DNA of 64,000 nucleotides from NCBI GenBank assembly GCA_002104905.1, contig MCFE01000460.1, positions 7,486 to 71,485 of the forward strand. The letters are read 5' to 3'. Source of the stretch: Basidiobolus meristosporus CBS 931.73. Lineage: Eukaryota; Fungi; Basidiobolomycota. The notes under the pieces were generated by a model. That model had not been told where the DNA came from and did not search any database. It saw nothing but the letters and a program-made list of their open reading frames with translations. A program made the translations under genes and the position numbers. How positions within the stretch are numbered: the first letter of the stretch is position 1; each line of letters begins with the position of its first letter. Shown piece after piece: positions 1-13,659 of this stretch.

Positions 1-544
1 GCCTCCTCTCCTATGTTTTTAGGAGGGCATTCTTCTCCCATGACAATATCCCAAAGGCCTCTTTCTTGTAGCAGCATCTTCATCTTCACCTTCCACACTT
101 AGTAGTAAGATCCATCCAACTTTTGAGCAGAGGGAAAAGTTCCAGTAATAGCAGTAGTAGAGATTGCAGGGAGTGACAGCTTGGGGCTCATAGCCTGTTG
201 TAAGAGTCTTGGAGATATTGGAGGTGATTTGGAGGACAAGTAGCTTATGTGGTTTTCACTTAATGATTCATTGAATGTAAAAATAGTATTTGTACTTGAA
301 CATGGTCTTGGCATAAAAAACATGTAGAATAGGTTAAAAAAGGTCCCAAGAGCATGTGTGCAAAGCTTAGGGCTGCTTGGACAGCTTTGAGAATTTTCAT
401 GTTCTGGGTATCTGGTATTTTGGTGAAAATATTCTAAGTAATTCCCAACAAGGAGTTTGGTCAGTATTCTCTAGGATTTGAGGGTAATGATCTAAGTAAC
501 CAAGTTAGGTGAATATTTAGATGGAATTACAAATTTTTACAACA
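1..544 (-). mobile_element. Ty1/Copia element 5' end (LTR 196-544, PBS 184-195, gag start running off the left edge), nested in the gag of another copy
   Basis: LTR with TGTTGTAA...TTACAACA termini. PBS variant GGCTATGAGCCC. gag start MSPKLSLPAISTT with an early stop. Directly abuts gag codons (TTDEDVIV) of the next copy at 545. Confidence 0.9.
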
Positions 545-1362
545 ACTATCACATCCTCATCAGTAGTTGGTATGCCCACAGATTCCATTTCATCTACTAG
601 CGGGGTAATTCTGTTAATTGGATTTTTTGTTTCTTCTCCTGGCAGTATCATTGTAGTAATCAATTTTTGTCTAAGATACATTTTCTTGGCAGCTGAGTAT
701 GACTGGTAGGTGTCTTCTGATACCTTCCAGGCATTCTTTGCCATTTTTGCTCTTGAGCATTGAATTAGCAATTTGTCTGTAACATTATGGCAAATGCAGT
801 TAAAGGCACTTTATTCTTTCTTCTGGTACTTTAAGGCTTCCTCTCCCATGTTTCTTGGAGGGCATTCATCTCCCATGACAATATCCCAAAGGCCTCTTTC
901 TTGTAGCAGCATCTTCATCTTCACCTTCCACACTTGGTAGTTAGAGCCATCCAACTTTTCAGCAGAGTGAGAAATTCCAGTAATATTTGTAGTATACCTT
1001 GCAGAGAGGGACAGCTTGGGGCTCATAACCTGTTGTAAGAGTCTTGGAGATATTGGAAGTGATTTGGAGGACAAGTAGCTTATGTGGTTTTCACTTAATG
1101 ATTTATTGAATGTAAAAGTAGTATTTGTACTTTTACATGGTCTTAGCATAACAAGCACATAGAATAGGTTTAGGAAGATCCCAAGAATATGTGTGTAAAG
1201 TCTGGGGCTGTTTGGACAGCTTTCGGAATTTTCATGTTTTGGGTAAATATTTTAAGTGAATCCCAACAAAGAATTTGGTCTGTATTCTCTAGGATTTGAA
1301 GGTAATGATCTAAGTGACCAAGTTAGGTGAATATTTAGGTGGAAATACGAATTTTTACAACA
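545..1362 (-). mobile_element. Ty1/Copia 5' fragment (LTR 1031-1362, PBS 1019-1030, gag N-terminus) interrupted by the element at 196-544
   Basis: LTR of 332 bp with an internal deletion relative to the 349-350 bp copies. PBS GGTTATGAGCCC. gag LDGSNYQVWKVKMKMLLQERGLWDIV matches the copies at 22.4 kb and 57.7 kb. Confidence 0.9.
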
Positions 1363-4217
1363 GTTCTTAGTTGAAAACCACAAAATTTACTTGTTCCCCA
1401 ACCACTTCTAAAATTGCCAAAACTATTACAGTGTATTGTCCACCATCTCAGATTTATCTTGTCATACTCCCCAGAGCTTATAGGTATAGAGATCATATTT
1501 GAGTCTTTATTCTTGACAGAAACTTCACAATCCAACATCTCAGAGGGTTATAGCACCAAAATCCCAAGGTTGTCTTACTGGACTACTCCCGGACTCTAAG
1601 TTTACAAGTCAGCACCCAACTGAATTATACAATATTTACTTCGGAAGTATGTGGGGATATATGTGTATATCATGGGATTTTAGACAGTAATTAAGAACCT
1701 ATTGGCGCTTCTATAGATCACAATAATTGCGCCCATGGAATAATGGAATTAATTAGAGATATTAAGGAAATATTGATATATTTATGGTTTGGAGCTAAAC
1801 TAATTATTTGCCAGGCATTACCATATCGCACACACCATCATTTCACTATATTGGTCGAGTTAACCATGCCAACATAGATGCCATGAAGTGCCGGATAGTA
1901 AATTGGATGCTAGCTTATGTGGATATTTTAGCAGTATCCAGAGGAATTGGAAACACCCTCACTTCAAGCTCAACGTAACAAGAGTATCTTGTACACTCGC
2001 AACAGAGCTTTACCAGGCAAACATAGGCTGTGCCGCACTAAAGTACCAACCTGGGCTGAGGATTCACTTCAACCGAGCAAAAACCCAGGTTTAGTCACTG
2101 ATTAATATGTAAATCGGTTAAAACAGTCTGTGCTGAATAATCGGAAATTCCTTAAGCTAGCAAGAGACAACCTAGGCTGCATATAGAGCAATGAGCGCTT
2201 CAAGGCTATTTATATTAATATTACTCTAGTGAGACGAGGGCAAACCTACAAGATTCATTTACTGGGCAGTTATAGGGCGATGGTGAATTATACTTCGAAC
2301 CTGCGCGGATACCTTATTAAATCATTGATCAATATGTAGCGTTATTGGATTGAACATTGGTCACTCTTTTATCGAGAGGAATCCTATGAAGCAAATCGAA
2401 TGCTTCATCATTGTAGCAACCCCACTCGGCGGCAGCATAGTGGTGATTCCAAAGTGGTAATGATCCAACTGGGATACGATGGTATATATCTACGACGCAA
2501 ATGCTTGATGAAACTTCGGCTTTTGGGGCTGCATCGGACGACTCTGTAGGCGCCCAAATCCCCTCGCCTACAGCTCAGCCGCACCAACTGATGTTGACGA
2601 AACCCTCTGACAAGTATACGTTGAAGGATTTCAGCAGCGCGACGGCAGGCATGATTGAATGAGGTATGCAGAATGTCTTGGTGATGCCATGAGAAACACC
2701 ACCAAGAGGCATCTGGTTTCTGGTAAACAGATGATCCGATGTCTGGGAAAACGCTGTGATGCGTATGATCGGATCAGCATTGCAGAAACCTTCAGATGCA
2801 GCAGGGACGAGAATCATCTGAACACAATACTAACGCAGCACATACGATTCGGTGACTCGTTGCACAACGGGTGGTCGGAAATCACAAAAGCGCTTTCCCA
2901 TCTAGAATGGCCATTTGTTGCGAGCACTCCAGCCACTCGCCGGGAAACACTGGTTAGCACGACAATGAAGAAACCACCGGATGACAAGCCGGGCATTGAC
3001 TTGGCCACACAGGAGCCCACCAATGCATTCATTTCAGAAGCTTCAAGGCTTCAGCCACATGAGCTGCGCGCATGATCTCCGTCATTCCAGATAAGCGCCC
3101 TTGAAGTACCCGAGCACAGAAGCCTTCTGGCCGACCTGGATCACATATTGGAAACCGAGTGAGAGTTTCCTAGCATCGGTTGAGGCGTGGTTAAATCTTT
3201 CCTCTTCTGGGCATCTGTATGCCCTATTATGGCTGGCGAAAACGGATGGCCACCGCTGCCCTGTGTTCTGTCGCCGGAGCTTCGCACAGAGGCTGCATTG
3301 CTTCATGGAGTATCGCGCGCCGCGAGGCCATTGGTCCAAGTTTGCCATGATGTTGGCCAGGGGGATGCTGGAATGCTTGGAAGTGCGTTGCACCGGAACA
3401 CAAGCAGGGTGATGCATGGTGGAACCTCCGAAAACCTTCTTCACCCATTCCTCGACCGCTTGTCCGATCTACCAATCCAGTGGTGGTTGGTGTCTTCGAG
3501 GGCTTGGTTTCCGATATTGGCGCATCCCCATCGATATCGCTCAATTAAAGTTAAACCAGAATTTTCATTAAGCTACTCAAAGCTTATCACGGTTCCAGTG
3601 TGTAACGGTTCTTTGGAAGCCCGCAACACTCCGCGAAGTGTTAATGATGATTAAAGTCGCCAACCCGCCGCCCATTGGCCCGAGAGATGGGGAATAAGGG
3701 AGCCTGTTCAACAAGCCTAGCCAATCCCCGCGGAATCAGGTTGTCGGCAGCAGAATATAGCAACCCAGCAACTCTGCTAGGCAAAATGATGCAGGAATAA
3801 TCCAAGTTATATTAAAATCCCGGGCCAAGAATGGTGATATTGGATAGATCGGTACAATAAAGATCCTCTACAAAGAAAGCAAATCAGCAAAGCCGGCACC
3901 AACAAATCTGGTGGCCAGAATCCCTTTTGGCAAATCATGTAGATTCCAATGAATTTCAATCGGCTTCCTTATTCCTAGGCGCCATTTCTATGGATAGGCT
4001 GCTGCTGCTTGTGCAAGGGATCACAAGCCCAGGCATATTTCGGGCAATCCACCAATCGCTGGCTCGGTGCGAGGGGGGTCAGATTTTGGTATTTGTTGGG
4101 CCCTCCGGCTCTTGCTCAGCATATAACTCTCGACTTGCTCGCCTTTGTGTTTGGCTTTATCAGTGTATATTCCTCGACAACTCTCCTAATCACCGACTTC
4201 TTTCGAAACCTAGTATA

Positions 4218-4709
4218 ATGGCTGATATTTCTCCCTTCTGCCCTGTTTATGCTCCTTTCTTCGGCTCCATGGGCTGTGCCGCCGCCATCGTTTTTGCTTC
4301 CTTTGGCGCTGCCTACGGAACTGCCAAGTCCGGTGTGGGTCTCTCTGCCATGGGTGTCCTTCGTCCTGATCTAGTCATGAGAGCCATTGTTCCAGTGGTC
4401 ATGGCTGGTATTATTGCTATCTACGGACTTGTCGTGTCTGTATTAGTATCCTCTGGTCTTACTTACAAGATGTCCCTGTTCTCCGGATTCATCCAGCTCG
4501 GCGCTGGTCTCTCTGTTGGTCTCTCCGGCCTTGCCGCCGGCTTTGCTATCGGTATTGTTGGTGACGCAGGTGTACGTTCCATTGCCCAGCAGCCTCGCTT
4601 GTTCGTCGGTATGATCTTGATTCTCATTTTCGCCGAAGTCTTGGGTCTCTACGGCCTTATCGTCGGTCTTATCTTGAACACCAAGGCTGACAGCACAATG
4701 TGCACCTAA
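4218..4709 (+). CDS. VMA3: V-type ATPase V0 proteolipid subunit c (163 aa, single exon)
   Basis: [19 protein letters not shown]...YGTAKSGVG...[23 protein letters not shown] with the conserved proton-binding Glu. ATG at 4218. Confidence 0.95.
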   Translation: MADISPFCPVYAPFFGSMGCAAAIVFASFGAAYGTAKSGVGLSAMGVLRPDLVMRAIVPVVMAGIIAIYGLVVSVLVSSGLTYKMSLFSGFIQLGAGLSVGLSGLAAGFAIGIVGDAGVRSIAQQPRLFVGMILILIFAEVLGLYGLIVGLILNTKADSTMCT

Positions 4710-7700
4710 GCAACCTTCTCCGCCAAACTGAATTTCTTCCAGCATTTTTACTAATATAAGTTCAACCAAGAAGTACATTTTATTATATTGCTTCTACTTT
4801 CATCGGATATCTTGATCTTCTAGACTCAAAACCTGATATCAATAAAATCCATTTCTAAATGACCTCCTGGCTGCTGTCCCTTCTGCGCGACCATCTGTGC
4901 GCCCGATCCCCAGTCCGTCGACGCCCTCACGCTGTCAAAGTCGAGGACCAGTATTTGTTACACGAATGCGGTGGTGACGAAATCTGCACTTCCCCATATC
5001 GATCGCTCATGCGGCGAGCTGGCGAGAACCGGTTTGGGTAACACAATCTCGACCTGGGACATGATTGGCCGCAGATCCATCTGGCTGATGACGAACTGTA
5101 GATGAATCATCCTTTTGGGCAGCTAGGAAGGCGAGGAAAAATAGAATGTTCAGTGAATGCGAAAAACGTACAATTATGGTAGCCAACCAGCGGCGTGAAT
5201 CCGTATTTACGCTTCTAGAAATATCTGCTTGAAAGACGTACACCAAGGGGATCTAGTGGCCCTTGGTATCCTACGTGCTTAGTGTGTATCAGTCGGTGAT
5301 GAAGTAAACACACAGCTAACCAAATTCAATCCAGTCATCGCCTCCGCCAGTTTGAGACTCGCAATGCATGATTGGCCGGCCTCAACAGGATGGTTGATTG
5401 ATATGCTTGTATATTTCTTCAGTAGGCCACTGTAGAGGATTCATTGTGCCCAATGTCGAATGATTCAGCCCTTATACAGTCTATATCGACTTTGATATTG
5501 CAAATGCAGCTGTATCCCGAGTGCTGTGTTTTGGCGAGACCATTGAAACATAGCATGCATTCAAGTGGTTGGGTGTGATCCTTCGGACTGCGGTCTTTCT
5601 TGGTATGTTCTTGTTCTACAGTACGTGTACATCTCAAGCATAGATGCGGCATGTAGACAGCACACCTGTACTGTTTTGGCATCTTGAGGTGGCTATACAT
5701 CCCGCTGAGATCAATCCGGCCTACGCCACAGCGCTTATCGTACAGTGGCCATCAGCAGTGGGAATTCAATTTCTAATACAGCACTTTGGATTCTGAAGAA
5801 TCCTCCAGCTCGAGAAGCTCATTGGCAACAACACCTGAGGAGTTGCTAAAACGACACGAACCCAGGATATGGTCCTACTTCCTGCTGCAAATAGCTGGTG
5901 TTACACGCACATCACGACCCCCTCAATTGGTGCAGGCTTGTACTGAATTTCTCGGTGTAACCTATTCGTAACTGATTTTCGAGATCTCCGAAAATTCATG
6001 GAGTAAGCTAGAGGTTGAAAATTTTTCGTTCTACCCCGATTGACCCTAACCACACTACAAACTTGGATTCCCATTCAACCTTATTATTGGTTTCACAAGC
6101 TCCTACAGATGTATCCTATTTCTGGATTGCCAATCGACTAACCGCTGAAGAGCAAATGTTCCGAGCCCAAACACCATTCATAACCACGTTGAGTATAGCA
6201 GATAATGGGAGTGTATTCTCACTGTTGTAACAGGTGCAATACTCAATGTGCCTCTATCCACTCCAAAATTATCCACTGACCTAGATACATTGTCAACCTT
6301 TACTTGTCTGTGCGCCTGTGAAATACCCGTACTTCTCAGGGTATGTTCTTCTATTGCCGCTTCAAAATAAATTTCAGAATTCGTTGTCTTCGAAAAAATA
6401 TCCGTATTGACTAAATCATGCATCACCCCATGCTGCACTGAAAAAACTATTTTCATGTCGTGCTAGACAACCTCGTACTAATTCTTCTATGGTTCTCTGT
6501 CTTTTCCCACAAGCTCTTGGTGGTATACCGCTGCACTTACATCCTCACATTTTGTACCACTCATACCTTATGATATATAGTCAGTGGCTGGTTTTTATGA
6601 TTTGCTTATTGAGATGGCATTTCAAGGCCTATATTCTGCATGTAGCACTAAACATGATTATGGCCTCAAGCTCTGATACTTTAAAACTACAAGCTGAATC
6701 TGTCTCAGGTAATTAGCTTTTCACCTGCCTACTCTATTCATACATGTGATATATAAAGTACTTTCTTATGATATTGGTGGTGTTTACTCTGAGATGATTT
6801 GGATAATAGTTCTCAAAACTAGTGAAGATGTTGAAGAGTTGTCAGATATTTAAAGTCTGAAGATACTGAAGAACACTGAATACTGCACACATCTTTCTGG
6901 AATCTTTGCCAAAATATACCTACCATTACTTTACCGAGTTTAGGCAAAAGTATAAATGCCTTATTTGAGTTCAACAAATTGATCAGTGAAATATCACACC
7001 TAGCTGCTCCAAGTCACGTAAAAGTCCTGTCACTTTCTGTATATTTTCAATTCAATTGGAGCTTTTGTCAATGTCCATACGGTATTCTGCTAGTGTTTAT
7101 CGAATATTCATACTGGGGCAATGTCTTGAGTTGGTCTACTCAGGCTTCCGCAATTACATATTTTTACTCTTGAAAAACTCTACTAGTTGGATATTGCAGT
7201 GACTACCCTTCAAAAGATTCACAAGTATTACTCAGTGATCACCATTGATGCTACAACACCAATATTGCTGATGGATAAAAGACAAAAAATGAATGTATGT
7301 ATCATTACCAGTATCATAGATAATATATACTTAGTATTCAGACATATCACTTTAATAGCAACATAACACCGTTAGTGTATAATTAACCTGAAGTCCCTGT
7401 ATTCCTGGCTATAGTTCACTGTTACATTTAAACTGAGTTGCCCATATATCGTGAGGTTAATCAGGGTTAAGGACCTTCTGCCTTGCTAGAACCACAAAGC
7501 ATCGAACCTACCTCTACTATAAATAACATTTCTTCATTTTCCATAACCCTGATCATGAAGGACTTTACCATCACATGGTGGGCGATGTTAATCTGGGAGT
7601 TATTTAACCACTGATTAAAAAATCAATTAAATCTAGGCATGCGTAGGGAATTGAATGCTTTAAACATCAGAGGTGAACGGATTGATTTTTTTACGATATT

Positions 7701-7758
7701 ATACACTTTATAAGCTTTAGCTCATTTATTGTGCAAGTATTTCAGTCTGCGAGTCAAT

Positions 7759-10261
7759 ATGAAGGTCGCGGTCGAAGGTTGTTGTCATGGTGAGTTAGAT
7801 AAGATCTACGCTACCATTGAACATATACGAGAAGTAGAAGGAATCACTATAGATTTATTATTGATATGTGGCGATTTTCAGGTAAGCTATGTCAAGCATA
7901 AGGCAGAAAGATCGGTCGAGTTGCTTGAAGTATACATGTCGAACTGAAGTAATTTAGCTTTCTCTTTGTTTTCACGTAGGCGATTCGAAATGAAGCCGAT
8001 ATGGATTGTCTTTCTTGCCCCCCAAAATACCGACAATTGGGGACTTTTTGGGAATACTATACAGGCATAAAAACCGCCCCAGTACCGACAATCTTTATAG
8101 GAGGAAATCATGAGGCTAGTAACTACTTAACTGAACTGTAGGTATCACGTTTTTTCAATTGCCCTCCAAATACGTGATCACTCTCCGTCGGGGGTTGCCA
8201 AGTGTGTGTCGTTCTCATCTTGTACCTTTTAGCTACCATGGTGGTTGGGTTTGCAAGAATATTTACTACCTGGGCACAGCTGGGGTTATAAATTTCGGCG
8301 GTGTACGAATCGGAGGGCTTTCGGGAATTTACAAACGTGAGGATTTCTTTAAAGGTAAGTGCCTGGGCTTTGCTTCGACTTTTTACGATATCCTTGTTGA
8401 AGCATGGTGAGCTAAACACCATTCATCGGAATGTTTGAAATCTAGGCCACCACGAAGTTCCCCCCTACACAGCCCAAGATCTTAGAAGTGTTTATCATGT
8501 TCGGCGCTACGATGCTGAAAAGCTTCTACAGGTTGGCTCCTTATATTCGGTATTGACTTCGGAAGGTTGGGTCGTTGATGTTCTTTGATTGTCAGATTAA
8601 GAAACCACTGGATATTTTCCTATCGCATGATTGGCCTAGAGGAATCGAGCAGCATGGAGACGTTCATGCACTGCTACGGAAGAAGCCATTTTTCCGTGAC
8701 GAAGTAAAGACTGTTTGTTTTCTTAAAATAGAACCACTGTTCTAATCATGAATTCATTTCGAAGGTAAGAACGAATACCTTAGGGAGTCCTGTCAATGAA
8801 GATATCTTGAATAATGTAAAACCAAAATTCTGGTTCTCTGCCCACTTGCATGTTAAATTTGCAGCCATCGTTCGACATCAAACACCTGGAAATGCGCACC
8901 CGCCAATCTCTCAGCCAGTAATGACAAAAGTGCATCAGGCTCAACAGCTCACCCATGTTCACCAAAATCCCGACGAGATTGTCTTGGATGACGAACTGGG
9001 TATGCCAGAGCAAGTCACAAACCCAGATGAGATTGTCTTGGATGATGAGCTGGATATGCCAGAGAAAGTCACCAACCCAGATGAGATAGCTCTGGACGTA
9101 GAGTTGGATGTTATTCAAATCAGCAACCCAGATGAAATATCTTTAGATCAGGACATGGACCTGATTGATTCTAGTATAGAAGAGCTAGTTTCCGATAAGC
9201 AGCCTACCACAGCAGAGACTGGAAATTCCGAGGAAATCCAACTCGAAGATATTCTCGACGATCCCGTGATACCCAACATTGGCGCAGGTCCAGAGGTGGA
9301 CGTTACTGAGGAGACCGCTCGTAAAGAGGAAAGCAATGCTCATCAGAAAGAGCATGATGTGGTGATGAATCCTGATGAAATCAACTTGGATGAGCTAGAC
9401 GATGATCGAGTTGAATCCAATTCAACACAGTCGCGTTCTGTCAATACATTTTGTTATGAAGCTACAAATGCACAACCCCAAACAACTAGATTTCTCTCAT
9501 TAGATAAATGTCTTCCGCGACGTGATTTTCTCCAGGTATGCAACCTATGATTTTGATACTATTTCGACTGATTTTAAGCTGTCCCCATGCTGCAGGTGGT
9601 TGATATTCCTAGCGATCCTAATATCCCTAAAGAATTCCGCTACGACCCTGAATGGCTGGCTATTACCAAGAGCACCCAAGAATACTTAACACTCTCTAGG
9701 TATCAGGCACCTATGCCGGATCGAGATGCGTTAAGCCAAAGTATAGAAGAAAATGCCACCTGGATACGGGAAAACCTCAATGCCAACACACTGAAGATAC
9801 CAGATAACTTCGAAATTGTTGCCCCACCCTACTCGCCCATGAAACCATTAGCTCACCACAGTGCTGAACGAGTTGATTTACGTAGGCATTCTCCCTTTGG
9901 AACGATAAATGTATACTCACTAATGTAAACCTGCTTCCAGAGCGAGTATTTGATAATCCTCAAACCGAAGCATTCTGCAGGTTGATCCAAATTGAAAACA
10001 AGATTGCTAAATTGGCAGGTAGGCCTCACTGCAGTTTCGTAATTGAGTACATCCTCTGACCTGTTTCTACTAGTGATTGACGAGCCCTACGATCCAGAAG
10101 CTGAGATGATATCATTGACACCCTTATCCGCCCCGCCTATTAACATGCCGTCACCATCATACTCTGGACTTACAAACCCAAGCCAACTCGACATGCATCC
10201 TCTTACAGGTGCTCTATCCACCCCCACCAATGCTCCCCTAGACGATGTGTACATTCCATGA
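7759..10261 (+). CDS. DBR1: RNA lariat debranching enzyme (multi-exon; internal boundaries approximate)
   Basis: Metallophosphoesterase motifs [52 protein letters not shown], plus C-terminal [17 protein letters not shown] and [12 protein letters not shown] introns visible (e.g. 7882-7979). Confidence 0.93.
8966..9147 (+). repeat. Coding tandem repeat, ~54-bp (18-aa) period, encoding NPDEIxLD motifs inside DBR1
   Basis: [18 protein letters not shown] / [18 protein letters not shown] / [17 protein letters not shown] / NPDEISLD. Confidence 0.85.
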
Positions 10262-12924
10262 ATCTACATCGTGCCTTCAATAAGGAATTTTTACTTCGTT
10301 TACCCTCTTTTCGCAACATCACAACTACATAGCTATGACTTGGCCATAATTTCCCAGACGACCCAGCCAAGAAGAGTTTGGCACAAGCCTGAAATCTTAA
10401 TTTGACTCATCGGGATAAACCCATACAGTGACCTGTTGACTATGGTCGACTATATCGAATTCTGTAGATTCCCTCGATGATTTTAATAAAATACGTTTGT
10501 AAACGATAATGGTATTCTAGGTTGGAAATTACAATCGTACACGTGACATTATTGCGGGTAAGCCTGGCGCAAAAGCTATGCATACAAAACCACAACCTGC
10601 AATGCCAACGATGTTGCAGAATAGGCACACAGCAAAGCAGTGCCACAACACTTCACAAGTCAGTTATCACATGACCCTGGGCTAAACTTCATGCCCAGCA
10701 TTCAGATTAGCCCTCATGCTATTAACCCCATACTTTAGCACCTTTGATATTTGTACAAAATTCTAGTGGCCTGTTATCTTGAAATCAGAGAGTAAAAGCC
10801 GTGTAACCCGTCGGCACTGAAACCAGACACCATTCTAGGTTATGGGCAAGTCTAATGTCTACACTGAACCTTGTATCCGGTAACACTCTTGAAACAAGTC
10901 ACCAATAGAAACTCTGAGATTGAATTGTATGTTGTCATAGCCGCTCCTATAACCTAGTCAAAGTTCTGGGAATATGATAAGAGAAGTCTACTTTTTCACT
11001 CAATCAACGAATGTCACCTTTCACACATGGCGAATAAAATGTATAGCTTCACTCCGGACGGCCAAAGCCTCCCCGTCATATGTAAGTAGCTGATCCAGTA
11101 TCTTGTCTTATAGAAGAATAGAGAATTCTAAGCTCCATATTTCCTTTCCTTATAAGTCACTCAGACCTATATTTCACCACTTACCCATATGTGCTCGGCA
11201 ACAAACAGAGAAAGTTTTGAATCGAGTTTGAAATAGAATGTCCCCTAATTTGGACGCGGTTTCAAGCTCCGCGATTGGATCACGGATACAAATCCACCAC
11301 CGCTTACTATGAAACAAGATTCTCGACCACGCAATAAGTCAGGAATGAAACCAATAAACTCAATCTATCAGAGTGGAGCTTCTGAAACCTTATCGCGTCC
11401 CACCCTCGAAAGCCCAATTACCGTATTTGGATTCTGAGTGGGAAAACATGACTTGCTATAGCGATTACATTGATAGTGATCGGTGACTGATGTTTTTGAT
11501 CTGAACGCATATTATGCGGGATGATGAAGTTTCTCATAATGGGCTGGTCCCGGCAAGTGGCAGCTTGTGTCTATGGTTGAATTTGGGATGGAGATACACA
11601 TATATCAAGTGGATTTGAAACAGCGGTCTTATGGAGGCTTTACGGACTACAAAGTCGGAAGGGGCATTTTGAGAACATTTGTGGCTAGGCATTTTCTCGC
11701 GGCGGGATTCAGACTTGTGACAAACACCCATTGACATTTGGTGAGATATCATTATTATTATTATTAGTATTATTCTAACTTTCCGCACGACCAACTTGCT
11801 AACTAGATCTACGTCTATCGATCAGTTTTGGTTATGCTCATATTTGGCCATTCTGTTTATCGTAGATCACATTGGCATTTGAAACTCTATTGCAAGTGAT
11901 GAGATCGTTACCACGATTCCTACTAATTAGGGAGCATCACAAATAAATAGATCAATGAACTCATCAACCATATCGATAGCCTTGAAACCTATGTACAGAT
12001 ATGGCAGTCGCTCAAGAAAAAAAACAAGGAGTGGTGCCTTCTTTGTCCATGTGTATTAAAGGCTGCGAGGGTATCAATGTCTTTCCGGAACCAAGGTTTA
12101 GTACCACCATCCGCGGTTTACGGATTAGGAAGGAGGTTTCAGCAAGCGATAGCAAATGTAAATGATACTGAATATAACCACGACATGCAGGATATAGTTA
12201 CTTAACACCCAAAAATAACTGAGTTTATACTGATAAATAAATGCGACTTGCGGCATGGTTGGTGGTGCGGATATACTAGACACTCAGATGTCGGTGTGTG
12301 AATGAGGGCTTATCGACCATTATCAACAGTCACCAATGTGTTGCGCAAACGATCACTGGGTTGGGATGAAGCACTTGAAATTATGTATCTTTGATGGCAC
12401 GCGACGATTCGCAGCCTGACAAAAGTATTGAATGCATAATCATGATGCCTGTGTTCAACTTGGATGCATCGAGTTTTTTCCTGGTAAGAGTTGTGTCTAT
12501 CGAAGCGTTTCCAACATTTTTTCAATCGCGACAGATGATTCGAGTGTAGAAAGGGGGCTTTATCTTGAGGCCTAGCAAAGACTAGTCTTTTTCACCTAAT
12601 GCATGCTATAATAAGCCAGGTCAACCATTACTTTTTGAACTGAGACCATTACCAGATATGGAGGAAATTGACTAACTCAACATAGATGCTTAGTGTAAAA
12701 TTCCACCTGAAATGGGATCATTCGTCCATATCAAATCCAATTATGTCAGAGGCTACTGGGGATGTTTCTCCTTAACATATTTTTATAAATTCCATACAAG
12801 TGGCTCAAATCTTGAGCAATATAAAAGTACCAAGACTGCCTGGCCAAACATTTCATTCGACTTTCAATAATTCATCACTTAGAGTTTTCAAGCTTTTTTA
12901 AACTTGTTCTCATTTGACCATAGT

Positions 12925-13659
12925 ATGGAATTTTTCACACAAACATTTTCGATCTTCCCAGTGAACCCTAGCAACCTTTCAGATGCTCTGCGACCCAAAA
13001 GACGGCAGGTGAAGAATGCCTGTATCAACTGCCAAAAGGCCTGCAAGAAATGTGATGAAGGTCGGCCCTGCCAAAGATGCATCAAATACGGACTTGGTGA
13101 TACTTGTCGTGATTCAACACGAAAAGAGCGTAGAAAAGGGGAAAGAAGGGGTCCATATCTCAAGAAAGAAACCAAACCTCGTTATACCACTCCGCATAAC
13201 GAGCCCCATTTTTCGGTCATCTCCCCAAACACCACCGTATCGAAAGTTCAAGCATTACCAAGGAACATTGAGCAACAACAACTGATGCAGAAGAATGAAG
13301 CGAGTACTAGGTCCGCATCCCCTGCCTCTTCTGCCGATTCTCAGTCAGATATTTTGAAAACACCACCACCAAGCCCCCTCTTTGATGGGAATACTAATAC
13401 CGATGTTGAGGACATGTCCTATGACAGCTATTCATCGAAGATCCCTCTCATGTTCAATGATTATATCCAAAGTTCAAAACCATCGGAGATATATACACCA
13501 GTATTACCGGAACTTCCATCGTTGCCTTCTCTACATACTCAAGGTATCAACTGTTCTTACAACAATTCCTGGATGGAGTCCAACCTTCAACTGCCACCGC
13601 TAAGTAACAATACGCCATTGCCGTCTATTCGCGAGGTTCTTTCGTCCATCAATTGCTAA
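12925..13659 (+). CDS. Zn(II)2Cys6 binuclear cluster transcription factor (244 aa from ATG 12925)
   Basis: KRRQVKNACINCQKACKKCDEGRPCQRCIKYGLGDTC (C-x2-C-x6-C-x5-C-x2-C-x8-C), followed by a basic segment and a Ser/Pro-rich tail. Confidence 0.88.
   Translation: MEFFTQTFSIFPVNPSNLSDALRPKRRQVKNACINCQKACKKCDEGRPCQRCIKYGLGDTCRDSTRKERRKGERRGPYLKKETKPRYTTPHNEPHFSVISPNTTVSKVQALPRNIEQQQLMQKNEASTRSASPASSADSQSDILKTPPPSPLFDGNTNTDVEDMSYDSYSSKIPLMFNDYIQSSKPSEIYTPVLPELPSLPSLHTQGINCSYNNSWMESNLQLPPLSNNTPLPSIREVLSSINC

Noticed and set aside
2575-3654. Cluster of overlapping 70-155 aa ORFs on both strands; 2659-3075 and 3187-3654 share a frame separated by stops
   Set aside because: No motif I can assign and no coherent splice model. 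It may be a decayed gene; a tBLASTn/HMM search is needed.
3927-4217. 97-aa N-terminal extension of the V-ATPase c ORF in the ORF track
   Set aside because: Starts at a non-ATG codon and has no similarity to proteolipids; ATG 4218 gives the normal length.
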